Assembly (NCBI GenBank): GCA_963833125.1
Contig: CAWHWX010000036.1
Location: 1-13,235 of the forward strand
Direction: 5' to 3'
Length of the DNA stretch: 13,235 bases
Origin: Candidatus Bathyarchaeota archaeon
GTDB taxonomy: Archaea; Thermoproteota; Bathyarchaeia; 40CM-2-53-6
How positions within the stretch are numbered: position 1 is the stretch's first letter; each line of letters begins with the position of its first letter. Positions 1 to 8,248 of this stretch are shown piece by piece. The position numbers were made by a program, and so were the translations under genes. Below the pieces are notes generated by a model, which was not told the DNA's origin, did no database searches, and saw only the letters and a program-made list of their open reading frames with translations.

Positions 1-141
1 TCCAGTCACCGATTTCAGAAGTACCCGATTTAGTTTCGAGAAATGAACAACGGAGTTAGATGCTCTGTTTGCACTTTATTCAGGTGGAATCTAAGGAGAA
101 GTGAACGTTTTCCGTCGAATTCGGATCGGAATGCTCGCTTT

Positions 142-888
142 CTATTTCAACCGTTTGAAGCTCCATGTTCCGATTCCAATCATGACAACGGCGAAGGCTG
201 CGAGCACGCCGAGGTTGAGTGCTATGGGTAGTTGCGAGGAGCCTAAGAGTAGTCCACGAAGTCCGTCGACGGCGTAGGTAACTGGGTCGAGCATCGTAAG
301 AATTGACAGGTAGGGTGGGAGGTTTTTGAGTGGGAATAGGGCGCCGCTGAAGAAGAACATGGGAAAGACCAGGAAGCTTATGACTAATTGGAACCCTTCA
401 ACGCTCTCCATGTTCGAACCGATAATCAGACCAAGGCTCACGAGTGCGGATGCGAGAACGAACATGAAAACAAAGGAGAAGAGTACTCTCAGAATTGTGT
501 AGTTTATCCCCAACACTAGCCCAAGGACGAGCATCGCGCATCCTTGGAGTAACGCGTCAATGGTTCCTCCCACCATTTTGCCTGCGAAGATTGTTGTGCG
601 TGAGAGTGGGGCGACGAGTACTTCTTTGAAGAAATCTATCTTCTTATCCCAAACAATGTACAATCCGAAGAAGACGGATGAGAAGAGAATTGTCATCGCG
701 ATGATACCGGGGAAGATGAAGACCTGGTAGTTTACGCCGGACAGCGACACAGCTGAACCTAACCCGCCTCCGAAAACAACGATCCAAAGGAGCGGTGTGA
801 AGAGGGAGGATACTATCCGTGACTTCTCCCGCGTGAACACCTTAATCTCTCTGTACCAGAGAGCGTAGAAGCCTTCAAGCTCACCCAT
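142..888 (-). CDS. ABC-2 type transporter permease (DrrB/NodJ-like)
   Basis: 248 aa with about 6 hydrophobic segments. ABC-2 motifs 'FFKEVLVAPLSR', 'FFSGALFPL' and 'DPVTYAVDGLR'. Its ATG overlaps the ATPase TGA (TGATG) at 888. Confidence 0.93.
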   Translation of the reverse strand: MGELEGFYALWYREIKVFTREKSRIVSSLFTPLLWIVVFGGGLGSAVSLSGVNYQVFIFPGIIAMTILFSSVFFGLYIVWDKKIDFFKEVLVAPLSRTTIFAGKMVGGTIDALLQGCAMLVLGLVLGINYTILRVLFSFVFMFVLASALVSLGLIIGSNMESVEGFQLVISFLVFPMFFFSGALFPLKNLPPYLSILTMLDPVTYAVDGLRGLLLGSSQLPIALNLGVLAAFAVVMIGIGTWSFKRLK

Positions 889-1859
889 CAGCGTCCACTC
901 CTTGCTCGTGCTATTCGTTCGAACACGCCGCCTTCACCGGATTCCTCTCGGATCTCACGCCCAGTGTAATGTAAGAAGACATCATTCAAAGTAGCCGTGC
1001 GCACTTCTACTGATTCAACTTCACCCACCATGCTTAGAACCTCTTGTAAATGTGCACTTGCATCTTTAACAGTCAATCTTAGTGTGCTTCCCGATTGATC
1101 TATGGATAGGATGTAGTCCAAGTTTTTCAATGGCTCAAGGTTCGGCGACCGTACACGTAGTTTGATGATTTCGCCACCTACCTTGGATTTCAAGGCTGAT
1201 GGAGTATCCAAGGCCGAGATTTTACCGTGGTCGATTATGGCTACGCGGTTACATAATCTATCGGCCTCATCCATGTAATGAGTAGTTATGATCACACTGA
1301 CTTTCTCGGCTTTGACTAGGTTTTCAATGTAGGCCCAGATGTGTTCTCGGGTCTGTGGGTCAAGGCCTAAGGTCGGTTCGTCTAGGAATAGAATTCTGGG
1401 GTTATGGAGTAACCCCCGAGCCAACTCCAGTCGGCGCCGCATTCCACCCGAATATTTCTTTACAATATCATTCGCCCGGTCCTTCAGATCTACCAAGCCT
1501 AGAACGTAGTCTATTCGCTCTTGGCGCTGCTCTTTTGGGACTCCGAACATCAATGCGTGTAGGTATAGATTCTCCCTGCCTGTTAGAATATCGTCGCTGC
1601 TCGGGTCCTGGAAGACTATGCCAATCGAGCGCCTAACGTCCGCTGAATGAGTTATGATATCGAACCCATTCACTCTTGCAGTACCCGATGTTGGCTTGAG
1701 CAGTGTGGCTAACATTGAGAGGGTTGTGGTCTTCCCCGCCCCATTGGGGCCGAGCAACCCGAAAATTTCTCCCTCGTTGATTCCCAGGTTTAATGCGTCA
1801 ACGGCAAGCAAATCCCCATAACGCTTCGTCAACTCCGCCGTCTCAACCGCATACACCAT
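888..1859 (-). CDS. ABC transporter ATP-binding protein (DrrA-like exporter ATPase)
   Basis: Walker A GPNGAGKTT, signature YSGGMRRR, Walker B ILFLDEPT, H-loop TTHY, and the C-terminal 'TLNDVFLHYTG' typical of DrrA-family ATPases. Confidence 0.95.
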   Translation of the reverse strand: MVYAVETAELTKRYGDLLAVDALNLGINEGEIFGLLGPNGAGKTTTLSMLATLLKPTSGTARVNGFDIITHSADVRRSIGIVFQDPSSDDILTGRENLYLHALMFGVPKEQRQERIDYVLGLVDLKDRANDIVKKYSGGMRRRLELARGLLHNPRILFLDEPTLGLDPQTREHIWAYIENLVKAEKVSVIITTHYMDEADRLCNRVAIIDHGKISALDTPSALKSKVGGEIIKLRVRSPNLEPLKNLDYILSIDQSGSTLRLTVKDASAHLQEVLSMVGEVESVEVRTATLNDVFLHYTGREIREESGEGGVFERIARARSGR

Positions 1860-1897
1860 GAACCGTCAACCGTAATTACTCGAACTGGACATCGCGC

Positions 1898-1928
1898 TTT
1901 AAATTGACTTGGTACATTCTGTCAAGTC
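1898..1928. promoter_or_regulatory. Candidate TATA box (TTTAAA) next to an inverted repeat in the divergent ABC/EamA intergenic region
   Basis: TTTAAA at 1898-1903. GACTTG 1906-1911 is the reverse complement of CAAGTC 1923-1928, overlapping TTGAC-N12-GTCAA at 1904-1925. Confidence 0.35.
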
Positions 1929-1979
1929 TTCGTCTGGCGCCCCCGTGGATAGTGCACACCTGCGGAAGCGGAATAGATT

Positions 1980-2849
1980 TTGGATCTCGGTCTAAGCCTC
2001 GCTTGTGGAGTGCTAACAGCAACGGGGTTCGGTACTGCGGACTTCATCGCGAAACTCGCCACGAGTAAGATTGGGTTTCTCAGAACAGCCTTGTTCATGC
2101 AGGTCATTGGCAGTTTCTTCGTTCTACCCTTCGCTCTACAAGGCTTCACACGTCTAATCCCCAACCCTTGGGCGGTGTTAGGCGGAGTTTTGCTTGGCGT
2201 GATCAACGCCTTTGCTACCTTATCTCTGTACAAGGGGTTTGAGGTGGGTCGATTGTCGATAGTCTCTCCGATTGCGAGTAGTTGTCCTGTCGTCTCGATA
2301 CTTCTGGCAGTTTTGTTCTTGGGAGAGAGCATTACCGAAGAACGTCTACTCGGAATTGGGTTGGTGATTGTGGGCGTAATTTTGGTCTCATTGCAGACAG
2401 GCCGGGAAGGGGTTTCTGAGAAAGTAAACCGAGGAACGGTGTACGCTATTATCTACATGGTGTTGGGTGGCTTGCTTTTCTTCGGGTTGAAACCGGTATC
2501 AACAGCTCTCGGGGTTTTCCTTTCGGTGCTGATCATGCGCTGGGTAAGCATCCCAGTCCTAACCGTTACCCTTCTCGCCTGGAAAACGAAATCCAACGGC
2601 CCCGGTCCGACGCCTAGTGCGTTCTGGTTTATTCTTTCGATTGCTTTCTTTGACACTTTCGCAAATGTCATTTACGTCCTAGGCATAACCGTTGGAACTG
2701 TTTCCATTGTGTCGACTGTGGGCGGCATGTTTAGCGCAGTGACCGTGCTTTTGGCTCGGGTTGTCCTCAAGGAGAGACTCCTAAGGCATCAAATCTTAGG
2801 CTTCATAGCGATTGCTGCAGGAGTCGGAGTACTGGGATTATTCGGATAA
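1980..2849 (+). CDS. EamA/DMT family transporter
   Basis: 289 aa with about 10 TM segments in two repeats. Motifs 'LYKGFEVGRLSIVSPI...LAVLFLGESI' and 'GTVSIVS...LARVVLKERL'. TTG start is uncertain. Confidence 0.9.
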   Translation: MDLGLSLACGVLTATGFGTADFIAKLATSKIGFLRTALFMQVIGSFFVLPFALQGFTRLIPNPWAVLGGVLLGVINAFATLSLYKGFEVGRLSIVSPIASSCPVVSILLAVLFLGESITEERLLGIGLVIVGVILVSLQTGREGVSEKVNRGTVYAIIYMVLGGLLFFGLKPVSTALGVFLSVLIMRWVSIPVLTVTLLAWKTKSNGPGPTPSAFWFILSIAFFDTFANVIYVLGITVGTVSIVSTVGGMFSAVTVLLARVVLKERLLRHQILGFIAIAAGVGVLGLFG

Positions 2850-2929
2850 TCTAACTGATCGTGCCGACGCAGCCCAGGTGTTCGAAGCCTGTTGAACCGC
2901 TGATAGCTTCAGAGCTCAGTACTAGGCGT

Positions 2930-3595
2930 CTAGGTGTCTTTGGCGTGCCAAAGATAGAGGGAGGCAATCGAGCAGTAGGGATGCCATCTCTTAGCGATCT
3001 CAGTTATCCTTTCGGCGTTTGGTAATTTGCGTAACGAGTAGACACTCTGGACCGACTTTTGTATTCCAAGATCATCGACAGGGAGCACATCGGGTCGTCC
3101 AAGTGTGAAAAGCAGAAACATATGCGCGGTCCACGGTCCTATTCCTTTAACTTCGTCAAGCTGGCGGGTTACTTCGTCGTCCGGCATGTGTTTGAGGTCG
3201 TGAAGATTCAATTGTCCCTCAAGAACTCTTGAGGTTAAGTCTTTGAGATAACGTATCTTCTGCGGCGACACCCCTGCTTTCCTCATCATTGGATCAGGAA
3301 CCTGCGCCAAACTGTCGGCATCAATTGCTTCGGAATTAACGATCGCTTTCAATCTTCCGAAAATAGTTCTTGCAACCAACCCGTTCAGTTGCTGGGAAAT
3401 GATGGCTTCTACTAAAGATTCGAATGGGTTGCCGCCATCTACTTGAAACTTAATTATTCCATGCTTCTTGATGAGAGGACGGATTCTTGCATCAGCCTTA
3501 GAGACGTGACCGACGCCCAATCGAAACGTGTGTGGATTGCCGATGCTTGGAAAGCGCGTCGAACTAACCCCACGTACCGGTTTCGATTCGTTCAT
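2930..3595 (-). CDS. alkA: DNA-3-methyladenine glycosylase II (HhH-GPD, AlkA family)
   Basis: '[13 protein letters not shown]', HhH 'VKGIGPWTA', catalytic Asp region '[11 protein letters not shown]', and '[13 protein letters not shown]'. Start may lie slightly downstream. Confidence 0.9.
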   Translation of the reverse strand: MNESKPVRGVSSTRFPSIGNPHTFRLGVGHVSKADARIRPLIKKHGIIKFQVDGGNPFESLVEAIISQQLNGLVARTIFGRLKAIVNSEAIDADSLAQVPDPMMRKAGVSPQKIRYLKDLTSRVLEGQLNLHDLKHMPDDEVTRQLDEVKGIGPWTAHMFLLFTLGRPDVLPVDDLGIQKSVQSVYSLRKLPNAERITEIAKRWHPYCSIASLYLWHAKDT

Positions 3596-3674
3596 GGGCA
3601 GTAACTCACAGTCTCTGAATGAGGTGAAGATAGATATTGGTGCGGATGCTGATCAATCTGGCTGGATAAAAGAT

Positions 3675-4073
3675 ATGGCGGATAAGATGGTTAAGACGGA
3701 GGAAGAGTGGAAGCGCCTTCTAACTCCCGAGCAGTTTCATGTCGCGAGGAAGAAGGGAACCGAAAAACCGTTCACCGGAGCTTACTGGAACAGCCATGAC
3801 GCGGGTGTCTACGAATGCGTTTGCTGCGGCAACAACCTCTTCAGTTCAGAAACCAAGTTCGATTCACAAACCGGATGGCCGAGCTTCTCGACCGCGATCG
3901 ACCAGATCAACGTGAAGACAGAGACCGATGGGAGTCTCTTCATGAGACGCACCGAAGTGCTATGCAGTCGATGCGAGGCTCACCTTGGTCACGTGTTCAA
4001 CGATGGACCAAAACCAACCGGGCTTCGCTACTGTATCAATTCAGCTTCCCTGAAATTCCGCAAGGCAGAATGA
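3675..4073 (+). CDS. msrB: Peptide-methionine (R)-S-oxide reductase MsrB, zinc-binding type
   Basis: GTEKPF, two CxxC (CVCC, CSRC), [15 protein letters not shown] and catalytic RYCINS. Start moved from 3528 to ATG 3675 ([12 protein letters not shown]), which removes the overlap with alkA. Confidence 0.95.
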   Translation: MADKMVKTEEEWKRLLTPEQFHVARKKGTEKPFTGAYWNSHDAGVYECVCCGNNLFSSETKFDSQTGWPSFSTAIDQINVKTETDGSLFMRRTEVLCSRCEAHLGHVFNDGPKPTGLRYCINSASLKFRKAE

Positions 4074-4109
4074 ACCAAACCTGCCTTTGAAGCAACCAAG
4101 AACCAACAA

Positions 4110-4115
4110 TTTTTT
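4110..4115 (+). terminator. Candidate archaeal-type oligo-T terminator for msrB
   Basis: T6 run about 36 nt after the msrB stop codon. No GC-rich hairpin. Confidence 0.35.
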
Positions 4116-4166
4116 CAATCGTTCGAGAGAGAAGATTCTGACACTAAATTAACCGGTACAGGTAGA

Positions 4167-4174
4167 TTTTATAT
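4167..4174 (+). promoter_or_regulatory. Candidate TATA box for the thrC-like operon
   Basis: TTTTATAT preceded by purine-rich CAGGTAGA (BRE-like). An alternative candidate TTAATAT lies at 4251-4257. Confidence 0.45.
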
Positions 4175-4187
4175 CGTTTTGTTGAAA

Positions 4188-4232
4188 ATTCCTACCGGAA
4201 TAGAACGTGATGGCTGAAATTCCTATAGGAAT
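4188..4232. promoter_or_regulatory. Tandem palindromic operator-like sites ATTCCTAnnGGAAT
   Basis: ATTCCTACCGGAAT at 4188-4201 and perfect palindrome ATTCCTATAGGAAT at 4219-4232, 31 bp apart. Both are preceded by AA and followed by A. Confidence 0.65.
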
Positions 4233-4301
4233 ATCGAGTTCAACCATCCATTAATATCGCTCTCGCCTGCAAGCAAATCAAACTCGGATTGGTGTAAGAA
4301 G

Positions 4302-5528
4302 TTGGGAGTTGTGCAGTCTCTCGTGTGCCGTCGGTGTGATGCTGAAAGTCCGCCGCAACGAACCATTTCATGCCCGCAATGCTTCGCTCCGGTCGATGTG
4401 ACTTACGACCTTGATTCCATCCGGCTTACTCATGATTCGTTTGATTCACGTGCGAAAACATTATGGAGATACAAGGAGCTGCTCCCAGTTCAGGATTCAA
4501 GGAATATTGTTGACCTAAACGCAGGTTTTACCCCTCTTCATCGTTGCAGGAATCTGGAACGACTTTTTGGACTGCGGGAGGTGTATGTGAAGAATGATGG
4601 TTTGAACCCAACTAATTCTTTCAAGGACCGACCTGCTTCTGTAGCAATCTCCAAGGCGATCGAATTCCAGCTGGGGGTTGTTGGCGCAGTCTCGACGGGA
4701 AATCTCGCAGCCGCAGTGTCGGCTCACGCAGCTAAGGCAAACTTGTCTTGCTACATATTCATCCCTGAAGGAATAGAGGTAGGCAAGATCGCCCAAATCA
4801 ACGCCTACGGCCCGCAAATACTGAGCATAAGAGGAACTTACGATGACGCTAACCGCCTCGCATACTTAGCCTCAGAGAGGTATGGCTGGGCGATTGCCAA
4901 CATAACCATGCGTCCCTACTATGTCGAAGGATCCAAGACCATGGCTTTCGAAGTTTGCGAACAGTTAGATTGGCAGGTTCCCGATCATTTGATTGTAGCA
5001 GTTGGAAGTGGCGCACTTATGCGAGCAATCTGGAAGGGATTCAACGAATTTCACAAAATTGGCCTAATCGGAGATTCAACCACGTCCATTCACGGCGCTC
5101 AAGCGTCGGGATGCGCTCCGGTTGCGACCGCTTTCGAGAACAACACCGAAAGGATTCGGCCCGTAGCAAAACCGGACACCATTGCTAAGAGCATCGCGAT
5201 AGGCGACCCAGGTGACGGAGCTTACGCCATAGAGGTTGCCAAGAGAACTAAGGGCACGATAGGTCAAGTGACCGATTCCGATATTCAAAATGCAATAACC
5301 CTTCTCGCATCCAAAGAAGGAATATTTGCTGAACCCGCGGGAGCCGTAACAATCGCTTTACTGAAGAAACTTGTCGACCAGGGACAGGTTCGTTCCGATG
5401 AAAGTGTCGTCTGCTGCGTGACCGGTAATGGGCTGAAATCTATCGAAGCTGTACCTCCCTCCAAGGAACGATGGCATAGCCTCGACCCAACTCTTCAAGC
5501 TTTGAACACTGTAGTAGGGAGCAGGTAA
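4302..5528 (+). CDS. thrC: Threonine synthase-like fold-type II PLP enzyme (annotatable as ThrC; candidate MetM-type O-phosphohomoserine sulfhydrylase)
   Basis: N-terminal CRRC...CPQC ribbon, 'LWRYKELLP', 'GFTPL', PLP lysine in 'NPTNSFKDR', 'STGN', 'EGSKT', 'EGIFAEPA' and 'VTGNGLK'. TTG start with GGTG 7 nt upstream. Family is certain; exact reaction is not. Confidence 0.85.
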   Translation: MGVVQSLVCRRCDAESPPQRTISCPQCFAPVDVTYDLDSIRLTHDSFDSRAKTLWRYKELLPVQDSRNIVDLNAGFTPLHRCRNLERLFGLREVYVKNDGLNPTNSFKDRPASVAISKAIEFQLGVVGAVSTGNLAAAVSAHAAKANLSCYIFIPEGIEVGKIAQINAYGPQILSIRGTYDDANRLAYLASERYGWAIANITMRPYYVEGSKTMAFEVCEQLDWQVPDHLIVAVGSGALMRAIWKGFNEFHKIGLIGDSTTSIHGAQASGCAPVATAFENNTERIRPVAKPDTIAKSIAIGDPGDGAYAIEVAKRTKGTIGQVTDSDIQNAITLLASKEGIFAEPAGAVTIALLKKLVDQGQVRSDESVVCCVTGNGLKSIEAVPPSKERWHSLDPTLQALNTVVGSR

Positions 5529-5534
5529 TTCATC

Positions 5535-5816
5535 ATGGGACAAGTTACGGTAAAACTCTACGGAGCTGCGGTCGAAGCGGCGAAACAACAGACGGAGATG
5601 GAAGTTGATGCGTCAAATGTTCGCGAACTCCTTAGCAGGCTCTGCGAGAATTTCGGCGACTCATTCAAACGAAAAATCCTTGACTCGAATGGTGCACCCC
5701 AGTCGTTCGTTAATGTTTACGTGAATAACACTGACATACGTCACTTGAACGACGTAGAAACGGAATTGAAGGATGGCGATGAAGTACTCATTCTTCCAGC
5801 CGTCGCAGGCGGTTAA
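5535..5816 (+). CDS. Ubiquitin-like sulfur carrier protein (MoaD/ThiS/CysO/SAMP family)
   Basis: 93 aa, beta-grasp pattern, ending 'FVNVYVNNTDIRHL...DGDEVLILPAVAGG' with a free C-terminal GG. Starts 6 nt after the thrC-like stop. Confidence 0.93.
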   Translation: MGQVTVKLYGAAVEAAKQQTEMEVDASNVRELLSRLCENFGDSFKRKILDSNGAPQSFVNVYVNNTDIRHLNDVETELKDGDEVLILPAVAGG

Positions 5817-5832
5817 GGAGGATACAATCGCG

Positions 5833-7038
5833 ATGGCCTCTAACACAGAAGACGTAACACAGTATCAACAGGCGGCACCTCCGGCCCAGACTAGCGACCT
5901 CTCTAAAGAGGAGATCAGTCGATACGGAAGACACCTCATCATTCCTGAAGTCGGCATCAGAGGCCAGAAAAAACTCAAGGCCTCAAGCGTACTCGTGGTC
6001 GGCGCGGGTGGACTTGGATCGCCCCTATGCCTCTACCTCGCCGCAGCAGGCGTGGGACGAATCGGTTTAGTAGACTTCGATCAAGTCGACCACAGCAACT
6101 TACAACGCCAAGTAATCTACTCCTCTCGTGACATTGGCCGTCCCAAATTGGAGGCAGCGAAGGACCGCATACTGGAAATCAACCCCAACACAAAAGTCGA
6201 CAACTATGAGATTAGGTTAACATCTGAAAACGCCCTACAGATCATCAAAGGCTACGATGTCATAGTTGATGGGACAGATAATTTCCCGACCAGATACCTT
6301 GTTAATGACGCATGTGTTCTCCTTGGAAAGCCCAATGTGTATGGTAGCATTTTCAGGTTCGAAGGCCAAGTTTCAGTTTTCGACTCGAAAAATGGGCCGT
6401 GCTACCGATGCCTCTACCCAGAACCGCCGCCCCCGGGACTCGTTCCATCATGTGCGGAGGGTGGAGTTTTGGGAATACTCCCGGGAGTTATTGGAACACT
6501 CCAAGCAACGGAAACAACGAAACTAATACTTGGAAAGGGAACTCCACTCATCGGGCGGCTACTCCTCTTTGACGCCCTTAGCATGAGGTTCACGGAACTC
6601 AAACTGAAGAAGAACCTAGACTGCCCCATCTGCGGCCGTACACCGACCATCAAAGCTTTGATTGACTACGAAGCTTTCTGCGGCCTTCGCCGCGGAGAAC
6701 ATGCTTCAGCGTTGGGTGAAGAAAATGAGATAACGGTCACACAGCTCAAACAACTAATCGACAGCGGTGAACCCATCAACCTTATTGACGTAAGGGAACC
6801 ACACGAATATGAGATCTGCAGGATCGGAGGAAGCAAACTGATTCCCGCGAATGAGATTCCGAACCGCGTGAACGAACTAAGTCTGACTGACGAGTACGTC
6901 TTCCATTGCCACTTAGGCACAAGAAGTGCATCAGCAGTTAGCTTCCTGCGTCAGCTTGGTTTCAAGAATGTTAAGAACCTGAAAGGTGGCATTGACGCTT
7001 GGGCAAGCCAGATCGACCCTTCAATTCCCCGATATTAG
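5833..7038 (+). CDS. moeB: MoeB/ThiF E1-like adenylyltransferase fused to a C-terminal rhodanese domain (MoeZ/MoeBR architecture)
   Basis: 'RYGRHLIIPEVG', GAGGLG, 'SNLQRQ', 'DGTDNF', zinc sites CYRC and CPIC, 'SCAEGG', and rhodanese 'IDVREPHEY...CHLGTRS...LKGGIDAW'. Start moved to ATG 5833, which has SD AAGGAGGA at 5815-5822. Confidence 0.93.
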   Translation: MASNTEDVTQYQQAAPPAQTSDLSKEEISRYGRHLIIPEVGIRGQKKLKASSVLVVGAGGLGSPLCLYLAAAGVGRIGLVDFDQVDHSNLQRQVIYSSRDIGRPKLEAAKDRILEINPNTKVDNYEIRLTSENALQIIKGYDVIVDGTDNFPTRYLVNDACVLLGKPNVYGSIFRFEGQVSVFDSKNGPCYRCLYPEPPPPGLVPSCAEGGVLGILPGVIGTLQATETTKLILGKGTPLIGRLLLFDALSMRFTELKLKKNLDCPICGRTPTIKALIDYEAFCGLRRGEHASALGEENEITVTQLKQLIDSGEPINLIDVREPHEYEICRIGGSKLIPANEIPNRVNELSLTDEYVFHCHLGTRSASAVSFLRQLGFKNVKNLKGGIDAWASQIDPSIPRY

Positions 7039-7218
7039 CAATTCTCCTTATGAGATCCCTCCTTGAGAGTGGCTACGGTTGATCACTAGCATTCTTAGCA
7101 AACGCAGACGCTTTGTCTCATCAAATGGTTAGTCACGTCTACTTTACCGATAACAACATCAGACACGGGGTCCATCGAACGAGTTCTGAGTCTCTAAAAT
7201 GAGTAGCACGTGCCCAAT

Positions 7219-8248
7219 ATGAGAGTAATCATGATAGGTTTTGGGTCTGTCGGGAAAGCGTTTGTCGAAATAGTTAACAAAAGCTCAGAAATGCTAAGGA
7301 AGACTTACGGCATTGCTCCCAAAGTTGTCGCGATCGTAGATCGTGGCGGCGCGATGGTCAACCAGCAGGGCGTAGATTTTCAGGAAGCTATTGCGGCGCG
7401 ACTGTCCAGCGGATCGGTTGCTGGTCACAAAACTCTCGGGCATACAGGAACAACTGCATTGACCGCGATTGATGATGTTGAAGCTGACGTGCTTCTAGAA
7501 CTTACACCCACAACCTTGCCCGATGGCGAGCCGGGGCTTAATCACATCGAATCGGCTCTCAAGAAACGATTGAACGTAATTACAACGAATAAGGGTCCGC
7601 TCGCGGCTGCGATGCCATCGCTGCTTGAATTAGCGCGCTATCAGAGGGTAAGTCTCAGGTTCAGCGGAACTGTCGGAGGGGGCACCCCTTTTCTGAATTT
7701 CGCTAAAGAATGTTTGCCGGGTTGCAGAGTCGAATCGATCGAAGGAATTCTAAATGGTACGACAAACCATATTCTCACGCGTATGCTCGATGTGGGAATC
7801 ACATTCGACGACGCATTAAGGGAAGCCCAAGACTGCGGGGTATGCAGAGGCTGATCCAAGTTACGACCTAAACGGCTTGGATACCGCGAGCAAACTTGTC
7901 ATAATGGCGAACTGGATTATGGATAGAAGAGTGTCGATCAGAGATGTTGATGTCGAAGGCATCTCAAACGTAAGTACTCAAGATGTACAAAGCGCAAAAC
8001 GTTCGGAAAAAGCGATCAAGCTCGTAGGGGTGATAAACGACTCCGAGATATCCGTTCATCCACGGGCCTTATCTTTTGAAAATCCGCTTTGCGTGAAAGG
8101 TAGTTTGAACGCCGTTGTGTTCAACACGGATCTCGCGGGCCCAATAACTGTAACCGGCCGGGGAGCGGGAGGTAGGGAGACAGCTGGCGCCGTTCTGCGA
8201 GATCTAATTGACATAAAGAAGACTCTGTTGAGGTCAGATGACACTTGA
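7219..8248 (+). CDS. hom: Homoserine dehydrogenase, short archaeal type without ACT domain; one frameshift near 7837-7840
   Basis: GFGSVG, 'TTNKGP', 'GTVGGGTP', 'GILNGTTN'. Removing one G from GGGG 7837-7840 restores 'EAQDCGYAEADPSYDLNGLDTASKLVI' and joins ORFs 7210-7854 and 7877-8248 into about 342 aa ending with 'GRGAGGRETAGAV'. Confidence 0.9.

Noticed and set aside
1-231. ORF 43-231 or a gene end at the window start
   Set aside because: It overlaps the permease antisense, has no motif, and there is too little sequence to call.
3528-3674. N-terminal extension of MsrB overlapping alkA
   Set aside because: No MsrB-like sequence before Met 3675; longest-ORF artefact.
4074-4301. Known SAM riboswitch (SAM-I/IV) upstream of the thrC-like operon
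   Set aside because: I could not find the SAM-I core elements (AUC..AGA, GAGGGA, GCAAC, GUGC) in the expected order. An Rfam search would settle it.
5773-5832. MoeB start overlapping the carrier gene
   Set aside because: The strong SD at 5815-5822 points to ATG 5833.
5535-7038. Molybdopterin or thiamine biosynthesis operon, or a ubiquitin-like anti-phage system
   Set aside because: No moaE/moaA/moeA, thiG, E2 or JAB genes nearby. The context is aspartate-family amino-acid synthesis.
7039-7218. Structured RNA or attenuator before hom
   Set aside because: Only weak pairings, no Thr/Met-rich leader peptide and no recognisable ncRNA.
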